From NCBI GenBank assembly GCA_016839805.1, contig JAEOTO010000048.1:1-30225 (forward strand): 30,225 nt of DNA. The letters run 5' to 3'. Every line of letters starts with the position of its first letter. Positions within the stretch are counted from its first letter, which is position 1. A program made the translations under genes and the position numbers. This document shows positions 25,770 to 30,225 of the stretch, piece after piece. Origin of the DNA: Candidatus Hermodarchaeota archaeon (GTDB taxonomy: Archaea; Asgardarchaeota; Hermodarchaeia; Hermodarchaeales; Hermodarchaeaceae). A model generated the notes under the pieces. It saw only the letters and a program-made list of their open reading frames with translations, did no database searches and was not told where the DNA came from.

Positions 25770-26774
25770 ATGCTTAGGCATTCAGTGGTGATGCTTACAA
25801 TGGACTGGGCAAACTCCAATGTATTAGTGACTGGTGGCGCAGGGTTCATAGGATCCTCTCTTGTACGTAAATTACTCTCACTTGGATGCACGATTAGAGT
25901 TGCTGATAACTTTTCACGAGGAACACGCGAGAATATTACTGAAGTGTTAGATCAGATTGAACTTTTGGAACTTGATTTAACCCAATTAAAAAATTGTTAC
26001 AAAGCCTGCAATGACATGGATTATATCTTTCACCTTGCCGCTAGCGTCGGTGGCATTCATTTCATTAAAAAGGAAAACGTTGGTGGCCTAACACCCAGCA
26101 TTCAAATGAATACAAATATGCTCGAAGCAGCTCGTAAGGCGGATATTAAACGGTACCTTTTTGCTAGCTCAGCTTGTATTTACCGGCAACGGAGTGATGA
26201 ACTAAACCAGTTTAAAGAATCTGATGCAATTCCTGCCAATCCTGCTACAACATATGGGTGGGCAAAACTTCTGGGAGAGATACAATGCAAAGCCTACCAT
26301 AATGATTATGGCATCAAATGCTCGTCAGCTCGAATCTTTAATGCCTACGGAGAACGAGAAAACCTTGATCCACGCTGGTCGCATGTCATTCCTTCAATAA
26401 TTCGGAAAGCTATTCACTATCCCAATGAGGGATTCAAAATGTTTGGTGATGGGAGCCAAGAACGTGGCTTCCTTTACGTGCAAGACTGTGTTGAAGGGTT
26501 ACTTCATTTCATGGATAAGGTCACTGATGCCGAGGGCATCAATCTGGGATCAGCAGAAGTAGTTTCAATTCGTAATCTTGCCGAGCGTGTTGTCACACTT
26601 TCAGAGAAAAAAATAGAAATCCAATGGGACCCAAGTGGACCTACCGGAACTAATCGTTACTGTGCAGATCAAACACGTATGCGAAAAGTTCTGAACTGGA
26701 TCCCTGAAACTCCCCTTAATGAAGGGCTTCAAAAGACCTATCAATGGGCAAAAGGTGTATTAAATGTGGAATAG
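25770..26774 (+). CDS. NAD-dependent nucleotide-sugar epimerase (GDP-mannose 3,5-epimerase-like)
   Basis: VTGGAGFIGS, FHLAASVGGI, FASSACIY, YGWAK, RIFNAYG, GDGSQERGF. The start may be the ATG at 25800. Confidence 0.9.
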   Translation: MLRHSVVMLTMDWANSNVLVTGGAGFIGSSLVRKLLSLGCTIRVADNFSRGTRENITEVLDQIELLELDLTQLKNCYKACNDMDYIFHLAASVGGIHFIKKENVGGLTPSIQMNTNMLEAARKADIKRYLFASSACIYRQRSDELNQFKESDAIPANPATTYGWAKLLGEIQCKAYHNDYGIKCSSARIFNAYGERENLDPRWSHVIPSIIRKAIHYPNEGFKMFGDGSQERGFLYVQDCVEGLLHFMDKVTDAEGINLGSAEVVSIRNLAERVVTLSEKKIEIQWDPSGPTGTNRYCADQTRMRKVLNWIPETPLNEGLQKTYQWAKGVLNVE

Positions 26775-27819
26775 TAAAACGGTATTAGTTACCGGTGGCG
26801 CTTCGTTTATTGGAAGCCATTTAGTTGATAAACTGTTAGCCAATAAGGCAATTGTCGTTGTAGCCGATGATTTTTCCAGTGGTCGACTAGAAAATCTTGA
26901 ATATCCGCTTAAACGTGTAAAAGGAAAGGCTATCTGGACTGCTGATAATCTCACTGTGCATCAAGGTGATCTCAAGGAACGTACATTCACGCGTCCATTA
27001 ATGAGAGATATTGATGTGGTGTTTCACCTGGCAGCGCTCCATGGTGGTCGGGGTTACATCCACACCCATCCTGCGGACTGTTGTACAAATATGCTTCTTG
27101 ATCAATTGGTCTTTGAAGAGGCACACAAAGCAGAAGTTGATCGCATTTGTTTTGCTAGTTCCGCTTGTGTCTATCCTTCATATCTACAAGAGGATGAAGG
27201 ATCAGATTACCTCCTTAAAGAGGAGGATGCACATCCATTTGTTCGTGATAAGGCTTTTGCGGATTTGGAATATGGATGGGCGAAACTTATGGGAGAAATG
27301 GCGCTCAAGGCTTATCACCGCCAATATGGTATGAAAACCTCAGCGGTGCGTATTTTTACAGCCTACGGCCCTCGAGAAAATGAAACTCATGCAATAATCG
27401 CCTTTATCGCTAAAGCATTCGTCCAGATGGATCCTTACGAGATTTGGGGAACCGGTGAACAGGATCGTAATTTCACCTATGTTGAAGATATCGTGGATGC
27501 AATGATGCTAGCAGCCGAAAAGATTCAAGATGGTTCTCCCATCAATGCTGGACGAGACGACCGAATTACCATAAATGAGGCAGTAAATCTGGTCTTTAAT
27601 ATCATGGGATGGAACCCAAAGAAGATTCACCATGATTTGTCAAAGCCCACGGGAGTTGCATCCCGAGCTGCTGATCTAACCCAAGCTAGAAAAGTTTTAG
27701 GATTCGAACCAAAAATTTCATACCGTGAAGGATTTGACCGCACCATTAAGTGGTATACATCAACACGAAAACGAGAGGATGTTAAAAAACACCTTCAACA
27801 TCTTCTAATGGAACGATAA
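26764..27819 (+). CDS. NAD-dependent nucleotide-sugar epimerase/dehydratase (extended SDR), paralog of the upstream gene
   Basis: VTGGASFIGS, FHLAALHGG, FASSACVYP, YGWAK, GTGEQDRNFTYV; 11-nt overlap with the upstream gene. Confidence 0.9.
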   Translation: MWNSKTVLVTGGASFIGSHLVDKLLANKAIVVVADDFSSGRLENLEYPLKRVKGKAIWTADNLTVHQGDLKERTFTRPLMRDIDVVFHLAALHGGRGYIHTHPADCCTNMLLDQLVFEEAHKAEVDRICFASSACVYPSYLQEDEGSDYLLKEEDAHPFVRDKAFADLEYGWAKLMGEMALKAYHRQYGMKTSAVRIFTAYGPRENETHAIIAFIAKAFVQMDPYEIWGTGEQDRNFTYVEDIVDAMMLAAEKIQDGSPINAGRDDRITINEAVNLVFNIMGWNPKKIHHDLSKPTGVASRAADLTQARKVLGFEPKISYREGFDRTIKWYTSTRKREDVKKHLQHLLMER

Positions 27820-27911
27820 TTCCTTCATCCTAACAGTTTTAATAAAAAAATACTGTAAATGCGATATCTACCCCGATATGCGCCATTTGAATAATTGAGC
27901 TTGATCCGGCT

Positions 27912-29471
27912 TTGGTGTTTTACTTGCCAAAAGAATCAGAGCAAATGAGTTTAGCAACAAAGTACGCTAGATCAACTTCATTAGCGTGGTTACGTGTAAT
28001 TCTTGTTCGTGGTACACAGTTAATTTACCTTTTTCTTATCGCCCGTTTGCTGCTTCCAGCGGAGATGGGTATCCTTCAAGCAGTAGCGCTTGGAACTTCC
28101 TTTATTGGTGGAGTTGTTACACCCTGGCTAGCATGGGTAATGCAACAGAAAGCCCTCATGGCAAAGGAAAAGGAAGAGACTGTAGGAACTGTTCACCAAA
28201 TTACAGTTTATAGTCTGATTTTAACCTCTGTTTTCGCACCACTCATTTCATTCGTCTATCTCCTCTCCATTGGAGTACCTTTAGTATCAGAGATAGGGCT
28301 GCTATTTCTTATTCAGGCAATTGAAATCTGTATCTTCCAGGTAGTTCAGGGTGTTCATAACTCCTTTTTAAAACTTGAAAGGGCTGTGGTTGTTGGTGCA
28401 ATCCGAACTATCAGTAATTTCCTCCTACCCTTGCTCCTATTCTTTGTCACAGGGAATTTCTTATCAATTATCTGGGGCTGGGTTATTGCTGATGCGATAA
28501 TCCTTCTAATCATCATTCCGTTTTCAGGATTACAAAGGAAGATAAAACTATACAAATGGGTAAAACCGTCGATGGCGTTATTGGCATTCGCGGCTCCAGT
28601 TCTTCTACTCTATCTTTTCAATCAATTTCGAGGTTTTATCGATCGATTTCTCATACTCTCTTTCTTTGGAGCAGCGGATTTGGCAATTTATCACCTAATA
28701 AATCGAATTCCATCAATTGCTCAAGAGGCGGTTATGACTCTGCTTCTCCCCTTTACACCTATTATGACGAAAGTATTCAAGGACCGTGTCAATAGATCTG
28801 GTGTTGCCTTTGGTGTGACATTCAAAATTTTCTTTCATGCAATTTTGTTTGTTGCTGCCATCCTCATTTTTTGCGGAGAACCAATAATTTGGATAATACT
28901 TGGTTCACAATATCTGGTACCTGAAAGTACCCCATTATTGATATTTGGTACCCTCACAATGGTTTTTTATGGGTTTAACTCACTTTTCAATTCCATTCGG
29001 GGAGCGAAAGGTGAAACCGTCAAAATGATGCTGCTGTTCTTAACCTATCCTGTTAACATGGTAATTTTTCTATTTCTTTTCTGGATTTTCGGATGGGTTA
29101 CAATCACGGGAATCCTGGGGATATCAATTGCAATTACACTTTCCTATTTTGCCACTTTCATTATCTATGTTTGGCAGACAAAGGAATTAGCCCTAATCGG
29201 CAAAAGCCCCATACTTCGTCAACTGTTACTAATCCCTCCTCAACTCGTTGTTGTAGCCGTCCTCTCTTTTTGGTTAGCACCATTGGACATCATTGATCTC
29301 CTCATCATTACTGGTCTTTCTTTCCTAATTCTCCTCATAATTTCGGGACTCATCTCCAGTTTTAACAAAGCAGAGCTTGAAATCTTATCCCGTGTATCAA
29401 AAAAGCGGTTGAATCCTCTGATTAAGCTCTATCAGAAACTTGGTTCATGGAGGAATGCACCTAGTAATTAA
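27912..29471 (+). CDS. Oligosaccharide flippase (Wzx/MOP superfamily)
   Basis: About 12-14 TM segments, LIARLLLPAEMG and FIDRFLILSFFGAADLAIY; located in the glycosylation cluster. The start may be the ATG at 27945. Confidence 0.85.
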   Translation: MVFYLPKESEQMSLATKYARSTSLAWLRVILVRGTQLIYLFLIARLLLPAEMGILQAVALGTSFIGGVVTPWLAWVMQQKALMAKEKEETVGTVHQITVYSLILTSVFAPLISFVYLLSIGVPLVSEIGLLFLIQAIEICIFQVVQGVHNSFLKLERAVVVGAIRTISNFLLPLLLFFVTGNFLSIIWGWVIADAIILLIIIPFSGLQRKIKLYKWVKPSMALLAFAAPVLLLYLFNQFRGFIDRFLILSFFGAADLAIYHLINRIPSIAQEAVMTLLLPFTPIMTKVFKDRVNRSGVAFGVTFKIFFHAILFVAAILIFCGEPIIWIILGSQYLVPESTPLLIFGTLTMVFYGFNSLFNSIRGAKGETVKMMLLFLTYPVNMVIFLFLFWIFGWVTITGILGISIAITLSYFATFIIYVWQTKELALIGKSPILRQLLLIPPQLVVVAVLSFWLAPLDIIDLLIITGLSFLILLIISGLISSFNKAELEILSRVSKKRLNPLIKLYQKLGSWRNAPSN

Positions 29472-29629
29472 TAAAGCTCCATTCTCTGACCAAGTTTAAG
29501 TCAAGTAACTTTGCAACAGAAAAAATTATAATTCATTTCAAATGAACCCAACGATACTCGTCTTAGCGCAGACCGTTCTACTTTCACAAGTGAATGAAGT
29601 GTTTAGACTTTGAATTATTGGTGATACAA

Positions 29630-30225
29630 TTGATTCGTTTCAGCGTAGTTATACCAGTAAAAAACGAATGGAAGTTAATCCCAAAGACTTTACCCACATG
29701 GTATGCCCTGAACCCGGAGGAGGTATTACTTTGCTTTGATAGACCAGCCCATGCAAAAACCTTACGGGTTGTAAAATCGATCGCAAAAAAATGTAACCGT
29801 TTAGAACTCACTAAAATCCTCGAGGTACCAGCTAATCCCAAGTATAAATTTCACCAAGCATGGGTTAGACGGACAGGCTTTCGGGAAGCAGCGTGTGATG
29901 TAGTACTAACTGGTGATATCGATCAAAGCGTAAATCCAAATTGTCTTAAGGCAATTAGGCTTGTTGGACGAAATAACGTGGGTTTGGCTTCATTAAGCAA
30001 GTTTTACATCCCTACCAATATGACTCAATTTTACAGAACCATTATAGCAACTGGAGTACGATGGCAGTCACACATTCTGCGTGGCCGTCGGTTTACTGGA
30101 TTCACAGGTCTTTATGCATTCCACCGACCTTACTGGCTTGAGACAGAATCAGAAGAGCAGGTGCAAAGACTCGTTAACCCCAAGACGTTACCAATAGAAA
30201 AGAGAGTCAGTTCCTCTTCCATCAC
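29630..30225 (+). CDS. Glycosyltransferase family 2 (GT-A), 3'-truncated by the window edge
   Basis: Manual translation gives (M)IRFSVVIPVKNE...RRTGFREAACDVVLTGDID (DxD motif). TTG at 29630 follows GGTGA; alternative ATG at 29594. Absent from the ORF track because it has no stop codon in the window. Confidence 0.8.
   Translation, partial: MIRFSVVIPVKNEWKLIPKTLPTWYALNPEEVLLCFDRPAHAKTLRVVKSIAKKCNRLELTKILEVPANPKYKFHQAWVRRTGFREAACDVVLTGDIDQSVNPNCLKAIRLVGRNNVGLASLSKFYIPTNMTQFYRTIIATGVRWQSHILRGRRFTGFTGLYAFHRPYWLETESEEQVQRLVNPKTLPIEKRVSSSSI

Noticed and set aside
1-30225. CRISPR arrays, tRNA, rRNA, inteins (especially in NrdD) and selenocysteine recoding
   Set aside because: No repeat-spacer periodicity or cloverleaf was seen. 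The rRNA-like matches are only the short sRNA guides. NrdD has normal length without intein motifs, and no in-frame TGA interrupts a recognisable domain.

Overview
Archaeal chromosomal window, most consistent with an Asgard-type archaeon: it encodes a roadblock/LC7 protein, a Rab/Ras-like small GTPase, a GTPBP1-like translational GTPase, L35Ae, a PAC2 chaperone and a TFS-like protein. Metabolic genes include a deoC-aor-PAP2 cluster, an M42 peptidase, a HAD hydrolase, a class III RNR set (glutaredoxin, nrdD, nrdG), a ThiR-like regulator, fused comDE and the start of a glycosylation cluster. The most interesting signals are outside the ORF track. (1) An intergenic dual-guide box C/D sRNA (~14668-14743) has guides complementary to LSU rRNA H69 and the adjacent 1935-1944 segment. 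By the N+5 rule it predicts 2'-O-methylation at A1913 and A1938 (E. coli numbering), sites methylated in eukaryotes. A second K-turn/C/D-like RNA follows it. (2) An intact tnpB-only IS200/IS605 element (9285-10575) is inserted at the GTPBP1 stop codon and rebuilds it without changing the protein. (3) A 221-bp non-coding relative (21397-21617) looks like a stand-alone omegaRNA cassette. Its predicted guide matches 9 nt next to its own TAM, over the putative TATA box of the small GTPase gene. All assignments come from reading motifs by eye; no database searches were run.
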